A DNA stretch of 64,000 bases from Anaeromyxobacter sp. (GCA_049840735.1 JASGJN010000022.1:256001-320000); one strand, 5' to 3'; shown: positions 29,973 through 39,847, counted from the stretch's first letter. Numbers and translations: made by a program. The notes: generated from the sequence alone by a model not told the origin.

Positions 29973-31133
29973 TCAGTGAAGGGTGGCCCGCTCGCCGTGC
30001 GGGAACAGCGCGACCTTGATGCAGCCGTCCTTCTTCTGCGCGAAGGTGTGGTAGCCCTCCGGCGCCCGCTCCAGCGGGAGCCGGTGGGTGAAGATGGGCT
30101 TGGGGTCGATCCGCCCGGCGCGGAGGTGCTCCATCAGGCGCGGCAGGTAGCGCTTCACCGGGCACTGGCCGGTGCGGATGGTCTGCTGCTTGTTCATGCA
30201 GGTGCCGAAGTCGAAGGCGGCGAAGGGCGGGCCGTACACGCCGATGATGGAGATGTTGCCGCCCTTGCGCGTGCCGTGGACGCACCAGTTGAAGGCCACC
30301 GGCGAGCCGCCCTCCAGCTTGCCGTAGATGCCCGCCGCGCGGTGCACGGCCGAGCCGGCCGCCTCGCACCCCACCGCGTCGATGGAGGCGTCGGCGCCGC
30401 GGTCGTCGGTCATGCCCTTGATGGCGGAGATGACGTCCACCTGGTCGAAGTCCAGGGTCTCCACCTGCGCCCAGCGGCGCGCGAACTCCAGCCGGTAGGG
30501 CACCCGGTCCACGGCGATGACGCGGCCGGCCCCCATCAGCCAGGCAGAGCGCATGGCGAAGAGCCCCACCGGCCCGGCGCCGAACACCACCACGGTCTCG
30601 CCGCCCCTCAGGTCGCAGAGCTCCGCGCCGAAGTAGCCGGTGGCCAGCGCGTCCGCCAGCGGCAGCGCGGAGAGGTCGTCGATGTCGTCGGGGAGCTTCT
30701 CGGCGTCCACGGCCACGAACGGTGCGCGCACGTACTCCGCCTGCCCGCCCTCGTAGCCGCCGGTGAGGTGGCTGTAGCCATAGACGCCGCAGGCCGCGTC
30801 GGTGCCGGGGTTGGTGTTCTCGCAGCTCGAGGTCAGGCCGCGCTGGCAGTAGAAGCAGGAGCCGCAGAAGATGGGGAAGGGCAGCACCACCCGGTCGCCC
30901 ACCGCCAGGCCGGTGGCCTCCGGCCCGAGCGCCTCCACCACGCCGACGATCTCGTGGCCGAAGGTCTGGCCGATGCGCGTGTCCGGCACCAGCCCGTGCA
31001 GCAGGTGCAGGTCCGAGCCGCAGATGGCGGCGGCCGTGACCCGGACGATCCCGTCCTGCGGGTGCTCGATCCGGGGCTCAGGCTTCTGGCGCACCTTCAC
31101 GCGGAAGGGGCCGTCGTAGGTCAGCGCTCTCAT
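29973..31133 (-). CDS. Zn-dependent alcohol/formaldehyde dehydrogenase (MDR family)
   Basis: ICGSDLH, GHE, CGSCFYC...C, GAGPVG. Confidence 0.92.
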   Translation of the reverse strand: MRALTYDGPFRVKVRQKPEPRIEHPQDGIVRVTAAAICGSDLHLLHGLVPDTRIGQTFGHEIVGVVEALGPEATGLAVGDRVVLPFPIFCGSCFYCQRGLTSSCENTNPGTDAACGVYGYSHLTGGYEGGQAEYVRAPFVAVDAEKLPDDIDDLSALPLADALATGYFGAELCDLRGGETVVVFGAGPVGLFAMRSAWLMGAGRVIAVDRVPYRLEFARRWAQVETLDFDQVDVISAIKGMTDDRGADASIDAVGCEAAGSAVHRAAGIYGKLEGGSPVAFNWCVHGTRKGGNISIIGVYGPPFAAFDFGTCMNKQQTIRTGQCPVKRYLPRLMEHLRAGRIDPKPIFTHRLPLERAPEGYHTFAQKKDGCIKVALFPHGERATLH

Positions 31134-31308
31134 GCCGCCAAGGTGGGCACGTGCCTCTGCCGAGGCCTGAGGCCTGAGGCCTCACATGGACCAGATCGGG
31201 ACCCGGCCCGGCGAGCAGGCCCCCGCCGCGCCGGCCGTGCTGCTTCGGGGTGGAGACATCGCCGGCCCGCTGTGCCTTGATCGTGGGGTGGCCGAGGAGG
31301 AAACGGTC

Positions 31309-31602
31309 ATGGCGAATGGGTTCGACGTCGTGCTGTGGCTATCCGGGACCTTCGACGCGGGCGCGGCCGCGCGCCTGGTCAGCGCGCTCAAGGCCATGCG
31401 CCCGGGCGCCTCCATCCTGATCGACTTCTCGGAGGCCCGCGAGGTCTCCAGCGTGGCGCTGGCCGGCATCGCCGCCGCGCTGGTCGGGCGCCCGCGCGCG
31501 CTCTTGCGCGGGTTGACGCGGAGCCAGTGGCGGCTGCTGGGTTACCTGGGGCTGGCCCCCAGCGCGCCGCCGCAGGAGGAAGCGGGCCCGCCGCGGGACT
31601 GA
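31309..31602 (+). CDS. STAS-like domain protein
   Basis: LSGTFD, ILIDFSEAREVSSVALA, LRGL...RLLGYLG; GAGGAGG RBS. Confidence 0.7.
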   Translation: MANGFDVVLWLSGTFDAGAAARLVSALKAMRPGASILIDFSEAREVSSVALAGIAAALVGRPRALLRGLTRSQWRLLGYLGLAPSAPPQEEAGPPRD

Positions 31603-31664
31603 GGCCGGCCCACGCTGTCGGCACGCCACTGGACGGCGGGGCGGGCGGGCGCTAAGCACGGTGA

Positions 31665-32894
31665 GTGCTCACGCCCGACGCCGCGCTCCGCCGCCTCCTC
31701 GCCGCGCTCAGCGGCGCCGCCCCGCTCCCCGCCGAGCGGGTGCCGCTGCTGGACGCCCTCGGGCGCGCCCTCGCGCTCGACGTGCGCGCCCGCGACGACC
31801 TCCCGGCCTTCGACGCCGCCACCATGGACGGCTACGCGCTGCGGGCGGCCGACGCCCGCGCCGCCGGAGCCCGGCTGCCGGTGGCGTACGAGGTGCTGGC
31901 CGGGCACCCCGCCGCCGGCACGCTGCCGCCGGGGACCTGCTGCCGCATCACCACCGGCGCCCCGCTCCCGCCGGGCGCCGACGCCGTGGAGCAGCAGGAG
32001 CAGGTCCGGCGCGCCGGGCGCACCGCCCGCTTCCTGCGCGTCGCCGAGCGCGGCCGGTTCATCCGCGCGCGCGCCTCCGACCTGCCGGCCGGCGCGGTGG
32101 CGCTGCCGGCCGGCGCGGAGGTGGACCCGGGCGCGATCGGGCTGGCCGCCGGGCTGGGGCTGCAGGAGCTGATCGTCCACCGCCGGCCGCGGGTGGCCAT
32201 CCTGCCCACCGGCGACGAGCTGGCGCCGCCGGGCGCGGCGCTGGTCCCGGGCCAGCAGCACGAGTCCAACGGCGTGGCGCTGGCCGCGGCGGTGCGCGAG
32301 GCCGGGGGCGAGCCGCTGCTGCTGCCCGCCGCCGCCGACGACGCCGCGGCGCTGGCGGCGGCGCTGGAGGCGGCCCGCGGGGCCGACGCCCTGGTCACCA
32401 GCGGCGGGGTCTCGGTGGGCGTGCGCGACCTGGTGCGCCCGGCGCTGGTCCAGGCCGGCGCCACGGTGGACTTCTGGCGCGTGGCCATGCGGCCGGGAAA
32501 GCCGTTCCTGTTCGGCCGCTGGGGGCGCACCGCGGTGTTCGGCCTGCCAGGCAACCCGGCCAGCGCGCTGGTGACCTTCGAGCTGTTCGTGCGCCCGGCG
32601 CTGCGCGCGCTGGCGGGCCTCCCCGGCCACGGCCGCGTCGAGGCGGAGGCGTCGCTGGCGGCCGCGCAGGAGAAGCCGGCCGCGCTCGAGTCCTGGCTCC
32701 GCGTGAGGCTGCGCGCCGGCCGCGGCGGGTGGGTGGCGGAGCCGCTGCGCACCCAGGCCTCCGGCCACCACTCCTCGGCGGCCGGGCACGACGCCCTGGC
32801 GGTGCTGCCGGCGGGGCGGGCGCGGCTGGCCCGCGGGGCGCGGGTGAAGGTCCGGCTGGTGCGGGCGCCGGCGCCGGAGCGGCGCACGCGGTGA
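31665..32894 (+). CDS. moeA: Molybdopterin molybdotransferase
   Basis: MDGYAL, ITTGAPLP, TGDEL, TSGGVSVG, MRPGKP, GLPGNP. Confidence 0.94.
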   Translation: MLTPDAALRRLLAALSGAAPLPAERVPLLDALGRALALDVRARDDLPAFDAATMDGYALRAADARAAGARLPVAYEVLAGHPAAGTLPPGTCCRITTGAPLPPGADAVEQQEQVRRAGRTARFLRVAERGRFIRARASDLPAGAVALPAGAEVDPGAIGLAAGLGLQELIVHRRPRVAILPTGDELAPPGAALVPGQQHESNGVALAAAVREAGGEPLLLPAAADDAAALAAALEAARGADALVTSGGVSVGVRDLVRPALVQAGATVDFWRVAMRPGKPFLFGRWGRTAVFGLPGNPASALVTFELFVRPALRALAGLPGHGRVEAEASLAAAQEKPAALESWLRVRLRAGRGGWVAEPLRTQASGHHSSAAGHDALAVLPAGRARLARGARVKVRLVRAPAPERRTR

Positions 32895-32959
32895 CGCAGG
32901 CCCGCCCGGCGTCGTGCGCCGGGGCGGGCGGGCCGGTATCGTTCGGGGCGGAGGAGCGG

Positions 32960-33466
32960 ATGGGACACGAGGAGCACCGGCGCGAGGCGCCGCGGCAGGT
33001 GAGGGTGTTCGTGATCACCGCCTCCGACACCCGCACCGAGGCGGAGGACGAGAGCGGGCGCTGGCTGCGCGAGGCGGCGGCCGCCGCCGGCCACGCGGTG
33101 GTCGGCTACCGGCTGGTGAAGGACGAGCCGGACCAGCTGCGGGCCGCCCTGGCCGAGGCCGCGGCGGCTGGCGCGGACGCGGTGGTGGTGGACGGCGGCA
33201 CCGGCGTCTCGCGGCGCGATCGCACCTACGAGGCGGTGGCCGGGCTGCTGGAGAAGCGGCTGGACGGGTTCGGCGAGCTGTTCCGGATGCTCTCCTGGGC
33301 CGAGATCGGCAGCGCGGCCATGCTCTCGCGCGCGGTGGCGGGCGTGTGGGACGGGCGGGCGGTGTTCTCGGTGCCGGGCTCGGCGGCGGCGGTGCGGCTG
33401 GCCTGGGAGAAGCTGATCGGCCCGGAGCTGGGCCACGTGGTGCGCGAGCTGCGCAAGCAGCCCTGA
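32960..33466 (+). CDS. moaB: Molybdopterin adenylyltransferase MoaB/MogA
   Basis: ITASDTRT, DESG, GGTGVSRRDRT, GFGELFR, AAMLSRA. Confidence 0.92.
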   Translation: MGHEEHRREAPRQVRVFVITASDTRTEAEDESGRWLREAAAAAGHAVVGYRLVKDEPDQLRAALAEAAAAGADAVVVDGGTGVSRRDRTYEAVAGLLEKRLDGFGELFRMLSWAEIGSAAMLSRAVAGVWDGRAVFSVPGSAAAVRLAWEKLIGPELGHVVRELRKQP

Positions 33467-33510
33467 GGCGGCCGCCGCGCGCGCGGCGGGGCCGGACGGC
33501 GAGGAGCGGC

Positions 33511-34014
33511 ATGGCGGAGGATGCGAAGGGCGGCGGCGCGGCGGCGGCGCGCTTCCACATGATCGACGTGGGGGAGAAGGCGCCCACGCGCCGGCGGGCG
33601 CTGGCGCGCGGCCGGATCCAGCTGGGCCGCGCCGCCTTCGACGCGCTGGTCCGGCGCGAGAACCCCAAGGGCGACGTGCTGGCCCAGGCCGAGGTGGCGG
33701 GCATGATGGCCGCCAAGCGGACCGCGGAGCTGCTGCCGCTCTGCCACCCGCTGCCGCTGGACCGGGTGGCGCTCCGGTTCGAGCTGGTCCCGGAGACCTG
33801 CTCGGTCGTGGCCAGCTGCGAGGCCTCGGCCACGGCCCGCACCGGCGTGGAGATGGAGGCGCTCACCGGCGTGAGCGGCGCGCTGCTGGCCATCTACGAC
33901 CTGTGCAAGGCGGTGGACCCGGTGCTGGCCATCTCCGACGTGCACCTGGCGGTGAAGGAGGGCGGCAAGAGCGGGCGCTGGACCCACCCCGCGCCGCCCG
34001 GGGGCGCGCCGTGA
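33511..34014 (+). CDS. moaC: Cyclic pyranopterin monophosphate synthase
   Basis: HMIDVGEK, KGDVL, LPLCHP, TGVEMEAL, YDLCK, KEGGKSG. Confidence 0.94.
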   Translation: MAEDAKGGGAAAARFHMIDVGEKAPTRRRALARGRIQLGRAAFDALVRRENPKGDVLAQAEVAGMMAAKRTAELLPLCHPLPLDRVALRFELVPETCSVVASCEASATARTGVEMEALTGVSGALLAIYDLCKAVDPVLAISDVHLAVKEGGKSGRWTHPAPPGGAP

Positions 34015-34292
34015 GCGGCGGGACGGTGCAGGTGACGGTCCGGCTCTTCGGCGCGCTGCGCCGGCTGGCGCCGGGGGCCGAGGTGGTGGTGGAGGTGGCG
34101 CCGGGCACGCCGGTGTCGGCGCTGCGCGGCAAGCTATTTCAGGCGCTGGCCTCGCCCGGCGCGCCCGCCGAGGCGCTGCTGGAGTCCTCGGCCTTCGCCG
34201 ACGACGCGCAGGTGCTGGCCGAGGACCAGCCGGTGGGCGAGGGGGCGGCGCGGGTCACGCTGGCGCTCCTGCCGCCGGTCTGCGGAGGGTGA
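34011..34292 (+). CDS. moaD: Molybdopterin synthase sulfur carrier subunit
   Basis: VRLFGALR, C-terminal LLPPVCGG; GTGA overlap with moaC stop. Confidence 0.88.
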   Translation: MSGGTVQVTVRLFGALRRLAPGAEVVVEVAPGTPVSALRGKLFQALASPGAPAEALLESSAFADDAQVLAEDQPVGEGAARVTLALLPPVCGG

Positions 34293-34296
34293 GGCG

Positions 34297-34737
34297 ATGC
34301 CGACGCTGCTGAAGGTGGTGCAGGAGCCGATCCGGCCGGCGGAGGTGGAGGCCGCGCTGGAGGGGCCGGGGTTCGGCGCGCAGGCGGTCTTCCGCGGCGT
34401 GGTGCGGGACCACAACGACGGCCGGCGGGTGCGGGCGGTCAGCTACGACGTGCACGCGCCGCTGGCGGAGGCCACCTTCCGCGAGATCGCGGGGGAGGCG
34501 CTGGCCCGCTGGGGCCCGGCGCTGGCGCTGGTGGTGATCCACCGCGTGGGGCGGCTGGAGGTGGGCGAGGCCAGCGTGGTGGTGGGCGCCGCCTCGCCCC
34601 ACCGCGACGAGGCCTTCCAGGCCGCGCGCCACCTGATCGAGCAGCTCAAGCTGCGCGCGCCCATCTGGAAGCAGGAGCACTACGTGGACGGCGACAGCGA
34701 GTGGCTGCAAGGGCACTGCCTGCGCCACGCGCGGTAA
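34297..34737 (+). CDS. moaE: Molybdopterin synthase catalytic subunit
   Basis: FRGVVRDHNDG, HRVGRL, SPHRDEAF, LKLRAPIWKQE. Confidence 0.94.
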   Translation: MPTLLKVVQEPIRPAEVEAALEGPGFGAQAVFRGVVRDHNDGRRVRAVSYDVHAPLAEATFREIAGEALARWGPALALVVIHRVGRLEVGEASVVVGAASPHRDEAFQAARHLIEQLKLRAPIWKQEHYVDGDSEWLQGHCLRHAR

Positions 34738-34807
34738 GCGGCGACCGCGCCGCCGGTGGGCCTCGGCCAGCGCGGGGCCGCCTCGGAGGTCCAGCGCCGG
34801 ACCCTGT

Positions 34808-34854
34808 CCGTTCGGGCTGAGCGTAGCGAGCCCGACGGGCTCGCGAAGTCGAAG
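34808..34854 (-). repeat. REP-like palindromic element, copy 2
   Basis: CCGTTCGGGCTGAGCGTAGC-hairpin-GCGAAGTCGAAG, between convergent genes. Confidence 0.8.
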
Positions 34855-34862
34855 CCCAGCCC

Positions 34863-35258
34863 TCAGCGGGCGAGGTGCCTGGCCAGCTGCTGATCGGTCG
34901 AGCCGATGTGCGTCTGCAGCCACTCGACCAGCCAGCTCTTGGCCTTGATGACGACGGCGGCGGTCGCGCCGGACTCGTCGTGCAGCTTCTTGAGCGCCAG
35001 GTAGTCCCGCACGAACCTGTCGTGCGCGGCCTTGTGGACGGCCAGGCCCGGGTAGGCGCTCGCCTGCATGAGCGCCTCCTCCATGGCGAAGTGCTCGGCC
35101 ACGTAGGTGCCCAGGAAGTCGAAGAGCCGGGTGATCTCGTCCCGGTTCCCCGAGGCCATCGCGACCAGCAGCGCGTCGAGGCGCTTGAAGAGCTCCTGGT
35201 GCTGCGCGTCGATCCCGGGGTGACCGACCGCCAGCGCAGGCGTCCACTTGATCGCCAT
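34863..35258 (-). CDS. Bacteriohemerythrin
   Basis: W...LAVG...IDAQHQELF, HFAMEE, YP...HKAAH, WLQTHIGSTD. Confidence 0.93.
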   Translation of the reverse strand: MAIKWTPALAVGHPGIDAQHQELFKRLDALLVAMASGNRDEITRLFDFLGTYVAEHFAMEEALMQASAYPGLAVHKAAHDRFVRDYLALKKLHDESGATAAVVIKAKSWLVEWLQTHIGSTDQQLARHLAR

Positions 35259-35371
35259 GCAGCACCTCCTGCCGGCCAACTTGCCCCGGAGGTCCGCACC
35301 GGGTCAACGGGGCGCGGGCAGCCGTGCGCCGGGGACGACGTCCACCAAAGCGGATGAATGTCCGCAACTGC

Positions 35372-35385
35372 TTGACGACGATCAA
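35372..35385. promoter_or_regulatory. Putative FNR/CRP-family binding site
   Basis: TTGAC-GACG-ATCAA, one mismatch to TTGAT-N4-ATCAA, in a divergent promoter region. Confidence 0.55.
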
Positions 35386-35570
35386 CCGCCGCGACGATGC
35401 AGCGGCGGTGGACGACAGGATTTCATCAGAGGCACAGCGCGAATCCTCGCCAGCCCGGCCCTTGCGACACTCCATCCGTTTGAACGGATGGACATCCGTG
35501 ATTGGTTGTCCTGCACACGGAGCGGGGACGAGTCGCCATCCCGGCGGCCCACCGCGAGGAGGAGCAGGAG

Positions 35571-36792
35571 ATGCAGCCGAGCAGCAGCAGGAGCTGGAGC
35601 AGGACCGCCGCCGTCGCGCTGGCCACCGCGGGGCTGGCCGCGTGCGCGAAGGAAGCGTCGAGCGGGCCGGACCTGGCCTACGTGGTGGACACCGGCGGCA
35701 CCGCCGGGGTCCCTGCGGTCACGCTGATCGACCGCGGCACGCACGCGGTCGTGAAGACCGTCACCTTCCCCGAGCACGCCGGCCACGGCGTGGGCCACTT
35801 CGCCAACGTCACCGCCGACGGCAAGGAGCTCTGGCTGGCCACGCCCGGGTTCGTGAACGTCTACGACACCGCGGCCTTCCGGAAGTACGACGCGGTCACC
35901 CCGGAGAACCAGGCGCAGTTCGTGAAGCACAGCTTCGAGGTGGGCGACGGCGTGCAGAGCGTCCTCTCGCCGGACGGGCGCTACCTCTTCACCGGGCGGA
36001 CGGCGGCGCCCCGGGGCATCAACGTCTTCGACGTGAGGCGCCACGCCTTCATCGGGAACATCCCCAACGCCGGCACGGCGCCGCACGCCGGGGCGGTCTC
36101 CCCCGACGGCGCCCGCTACTACACCACTACCGCCGCCGGGCACACGGTGGTGGCGTACGATTCTGTCTGGCCTCCCGGCCGCGGCGCCCGGCGACGCCCA
36201 GAAGGTCTTCGAGCTGGACCTGGGCTACGGCAACCTGCACGCGCTGCGGCTGCACCCCAGCGGCAAGTACCTGTTCGTCGGCAACGCCACCTGGCAGATC
36301 CCGGACGGCGCCACGCCCACCTCCGGCGTGAACGTCATCGACCTCACCACCGACCCCCCGAGCATCCTCAAGACCATCCCCGGGCGCCCGCACAACTTCG
36401 CCCTCTCGCCCGACGGGCGCTGGCTGGCCTCGACCGAGCTCAAGGCCAACGTGGCCGCCGACGACTGCGACGCCACCTCCGGTGACCTGGGCAACCGGCT
36501 GCAGCTCATCGACATCGCGACCCTCTCCGAGCCGCAGCCCGACCCGGCGCGGATCGTGGACGTCCACCACTTCGAGACGCCCGGGCTGGGCGGGAGCCAC
36601 GCCGGGTGGGACGACGAGAGCGGGCTGCTCTACTACACGGTGATCGACAACGTCACCACCGCGGGCTGGCTCTACGTGCTCGACACCTCCGGGCTGGAGG
36701 CCGACGCGCCGTCGGTGGCGCCGGTGGGCGACCCCATCTCCATCGGCTGGGCGCCGCACGGCGTGCTCTTCCCCGGCAAGAACGGCGACTAG
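35571..36792 (+). CDS. YncE/YVTN-like beta-propeller lipoprotein; frameshift at ~36161
   Basis: Lipobox LAAC; repeated T/S-P-DG blade motifs; removing one T at 36159-36163 joins the two ORFs. Confidence 0.8.
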
Positions 36793-36853
36793 CGCGGACC
36801 GGATCGCGGCCCGTCACCCGGCGGGCCGCGATCCCCTCTCCAACGGAGCTCCC

Positions 36854-37516
36854 ATGTCCCTCCGCCTCCTGGCCGTCCCGGCGGCCCTGGCGCTCGCGGC
36901 CTGCGGTTCATCGCGCGGTGACGAAGCCGTCCGCTGCACCGGCTGCCACGCCACCGCGGCGCTCACCACCGGCGCCCATGCCGCCCACCTGCAGGAAGGC
37001 CCGCTCCGCGGTCCGCTCGCCTGCTCCGAGTGCCACCCGGTTCCCACCGACGCGGCCCACGCCGCGCAGCCGGTGGGCGTCCAGTTCGCCACCGCGCCCG
37101 GGGATTCGGCCGCCGCCGGCGGCGCCCAGCCGCGCTGGGATCCCGCCACGCGCACCTGCGCCGGCACCTACTGCCACGGCGCGACGCTGGGCAGCGCCGC
37201 GGCGCCGGCCTGGGAGACGGCGGCCGGGCCGCCGGCCTGCGGCGACTGCCACGGGGTTCCGCCCGGACCCGGCGGGCACCTGCAGGTGGCGCCGCCCTTC
37301 TGCGCCGGCTGCCATCCGGCGTCGGTGGTGGCGGGGCAGCTGGCGGTGCGCGCAGGTGGTCTTCACCTGGATGGCGAGGTGCAGGCACAACCCTTCGCCC
37401 ACACCCCCTTCAACCACGCGCTGGCCGCGCAGCAGGACCTGGCCAGCTGCACGCCGTGCCATGGGGCGGCGCTCGACCAGCACTGCAACACCTGCCACGA
37501 GGTGTCGCCGCCGTGA
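36854..37516 (+). CDS. Multiheme c-type cytochrome lipoprotein (CxxxxCH/CxxCH type, 7 motifs)
   Basis: LAAC; CTGCH, CSECH, CAGTYCH, CGDCH, CAGCH, CTPCH, CNTCH. Confidence 0.88.
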   Translation: MSLRLLAVPAALALAACGSSRGDEAVRCTGCHATAALTTGAHAAHLQEGPLRGPLACSECHPVPTDAAHAAQPVGVQFATAPGDSAAAGGAQPRWDPATRTCAGTYCHGATLGSAAAPAWETAAGPPACGDCHGVPPGPGGHLQVAPPFCAGCHPASVVAGQLAVRAGGLHLDGEVQAQPFAHTPFNHALAAQQDLASCTPCHGAALDQHCNTCHEVSPP

Positions 37517-37561
37517 GCGCCCGCGTCCGTGCCGCGGCGAGGCCGCGGGCGTGGCTCCGGA

Positions 37562-37969
37562 TCAGGGCCGGTCCTGCCTCGGCGTCAGGAACCCGCAGCG
37601 GGGGCCGGGAGCCCTGCTGAGCGCGTGGTCGAGCGTGGCGAGCTTTCCGCCGAGCGCCTCGGCGAGTGCGATGTACCAGCCGTCGTAGGTGGTGACATTG
37701 TCGCGGAGCTCCCAGACGCGGGCGGCAAAAGGCTCGTACGGGAACAGCTCGACCGGGAGCGCGAGCAGGTCGGCGTGGGCCAGGGCCGCGACATCCGCAG
37801 ACACCTCGCCCCTGGCCACGGCCCGCCGGAGGATGTTCGCGGCCTCGACCGGCATGAGATGTGGCGCGGAGAGCGGCGCTCCGGCGAGCACCTGCTCGGC
37901 CCATCGACCGTCCGGGCCGTCGTCGACGAGCAGCGCCACGACCACGGATGCGTCCAGCACGAGCGTCAT
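37562..37969 (-). CDS. vapC: PIN-domain toxin
   Basis: VLDASVVV, E.ANIL, YDGWYIALAE, LATLD. Confidence 0.9.
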   Translation of the reverse strand: MTLVLDASVVVALLVDDGPDGRWAEQVLAGAPLSAPHLMPVEAANILRRAVARGEVSADVAALAHADLLALPVELFPYEPFAARVWELRDNVTTYDGWYIALAEALGGKLATLDHALSRAPGPRCGFLTPRQDRP

Positions 37970-38202
37970 CGGCGGTCCGCGTCGCGGTGGCCCAGGATGG
38001 TGGCACCCGGGAGGCGTCCACCGGTGCGCTCCTTGCGCTCGCGGATGCGCGCGAGGACCGTCTCCTGATCCGGACGGCTCGCCAGCTCGATCAGCTTGGC
38101 GCGGAGGTACTCCTGGAGAGAGCGGCCCGACGAGGCCGCTCGCGCCGCAAGCTCATCGCGCGTGCGGTCCGGAACGTCCCTGATCGTCACCGAGGTGGCC
38201 AT
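37966..38202 (-). CDS. Ribbon-helix-helix antitoxin (FitA/VapB-like)
   Basis: SVTIRDVPD...LAARAASSGRSLQEYLR; ATGA overlap with the toxin start. Confidence 0.85.
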   Translation of the reverse strand: MATSVTIRDVPDRTRDELAARAASSGRSLQEYLRAKLIELASRPDQETVLARIRERKERTGGRLPGATILGHRDADRR

Positions 38203-38218
38203 GCAGCAATGTTGCTGC
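38203..38218. promoter_or_regulatory. Putative TA autoregulatory operator
   Basis: Perfect inverted repeat GCAGCAA-TG-TTGCTGC abutting the antitoxin ATG. Confidence 0.6.
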
Positions 38219-38308
38219 GAGTGCCTGCAAAGTGCAAGCAGGGCACCCCGGCGGAACGGGCGTGGCCGCGGAGGCCTGCTCGAGACCACGCCGGCGTTCG
38301 GATGCCGC

Positions 38309-39148
38309 TCAGGCGTCCGGAGGCGGCGCGCCCCGACCCGGAGGCGGACCGCGGTGGTCGCCGTCCGGCGGCGGCCCGGGCGGCTCGTCGCCGGGGCCGG
38401 CCGGCATCAGCGGCGGGGCGGGCACCTTCCCGGCCAGGATGTCGTCGCGCCGGTCCTTGAGCGCGGCGCGGTAGTCGCCGGCCGCCTCGCGCGCGGCCTC
38501 GCGCTGCTCGGGCCGGAGCACCGCCTCCTCGGCCCTCAGGAACGCGCGCGTGTCGGCGGCGTCGAGCGCGTCGAGGATCCGGGTGGCCTCCTCGGCAGTG
38601 AGCTCGCCCCGGGCGCCGCCGCCGGGCGGTCCGCCCTGGCCGCCGAGCGGTCCGCCGCCGCCCATGTCGCCCATCCCGCCGCCGGGAGGGCCGCCCATGC
38701 CCCCCATGCCGCCGCCCATCCCGCCAGGCGGGCCCATGCCGCCGGGGCCGCCGCCGCCCGGTCCGCCGCCGCCCATGCCACCGCCCCCCGGGCCGCCGCT
38801 GCTCTCGGCGATGCCCGCGGCGCTGCCGCCCGCGCCCTGGCCGCCGCCGTGCCCACGCGGCGGCCGCCCGCCGCCGGCGCGGCCCAGCAGGGCGTGCTGC
38901 TCGTGGACCAGCGCGGCGTCGCGCTCCAGCAGCGCCTGCACCTGGGCGTCGTCCAGCCCCAGCGCGTCGCGCTTCGAGACCACGGCCGCCAGCGACGAGT
39001 GGGGCAGGTCGGGCATCGCCCAGGGTGCCAGCCGCCCGGGTTCGACCACGCGTGAACTGGTGGCGCAGGCGCCGAGCAGCGGCAGGGCGAGCGCGGCGGC
39101 GAGCCGGAGCGGGCGCGCGTCGCGGGGCGAGGAGGGCAAGGTGGGCAT
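38309..39148 (-). CDS. Lipoprotein, Spy/CpxP-like helices around a Gly/Met/Pro low-complexity insert
   Basis: Lipobox LGAC; LGLDDAQ and VLRPEQR motifs; GGMGG/GGPGG repeats. Confidence 0.65.
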   Translation of the reverse strand: MPTLPSSPRDARPLRLAAALALPLLGACATSSRVVEPGRLAPWAMPDLPHSSLAAVVSKRDALGLDDAQVQALLERDAALVHEQHALLGRAGGGRPPRGHGGGQGAGGSAAGIAESSGGPGGGGMGGGGPGGGGPGGMGPPGGMGGGMGGMGGPPGGGMGDMGGGGPLGGQGGPPGGGARGELTAEEATRILDALDAADTRAFLRAEEAVLRPEQREAAREAAGDYRAALKDRRDDILAGKVPAPPLMPAGPGDEPPGPPPDGDHRGPPPGRGAPPPDA

Positions 39149-39335
39149 GGCGGACCGCGCGCGGGACCGGATCCCGCCGTGAGGAGGGAAAGCGCAGGCG
39201 CCCGGGGAACGCGCACCGCGGGGGGAAGCAAGGGGGAAGCGGCGCTGCATCTCCCGGGGCCTGCGAGAGACACCTTGCGCCCGGCGTGCGCCGCGCGTGT
39301 CTTCGCTCCGTGACGGATTGTTCGCGCCGCCCGGC

Positions 39336-39351
39336 TGGCCCGCGGGTTGCT
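39336..39351 (+). promoter_or_regulatory. Putative sigma-54 promoter
   Basis: TGGCCCG-CGGG-TTGCT (GG-N10-GC), ~37 nt upstream of ATG 39389. Confidence 0.65.
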
Positions 39352-39388
39352 CTGGGAGTGCAGCGGGGAAGCAGAAAGGCGCGTCGTC

Positions 39389-39847
39389 ATGATGATCAGC
39401 AGCCTCACCACCACCAGCAGCACCTCGGCCGTCACGGCCACGTCGGCGCAGGGCACCTCGGACGTCAGCACGTTGACGGATCCCGGTGCCCCGCCGGAGC
39501 TGTCCGGCCTCTCGGACGTGATGAGCCAGCTCCAGGAGCTGCAGCAGTCGGATCCGGACAAGTTCAAGGAGGCGATGAAGAAGATCGCCGAGAAGCTGAA
39601 GGCCGCCGCTGGCGACGCCGGCGACGGGTTCCTCTCCGAGCTGGCCGGAAAGTTCGAGAAGGCCGCCGAGACCGGGGACCTCGACTCGGTGAAGCCCAAG
39701 GGACCGCCGCCGGGCGGCCCGCGGCGCAAGCCGGAGGAGGCCTACCAGGCCAACGCGAAGCAGGGGATGTCGCCGGACGACATCGCCCAGCTGATGCAGC
39801 AGGCGCTCTCCGAGGTGAACGGCGGCAGCAGCTCGTCCGCCGCTTGA
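39389..39847 (+). CDS. Hypothetical protein with Ser/Thr-rich N-terminus
   Basis: MMISSLTTTSS...LQELQQSDPDKFKEAMKKIA; high GC3. Confidence 0.78.
   Translation: MMISSLTTTSSTSAVTATSAQGTSDVSTLTDPGAPPELSGLSDVMSQLQELQQSDPDKFKEAMKKIAEKLKAAAGDAGDGFLSELAGKFEKAAETGDLDSVKPKGPPPGGPRRKPEEAYQANAKQGMSPDDIAQLMQQALSEVNGGSSSSAA

Noticed and set aside
31161..31183. GAGGCCT tandem repeats (similar run at ~49471-49497)
   Set aside because: Only about three short units with no spacers; not CRISPR-like and no evident function
31603..31664. Moco riboswitch before the moeA operon
   Set aside because: The gap is too short and has no matching motif
38600..38860. Repetitive GC-rich DNA resembling an array
   Set aside because: Explained by the Gly/Met/Pro low-complexity coding tract of 38309..39148
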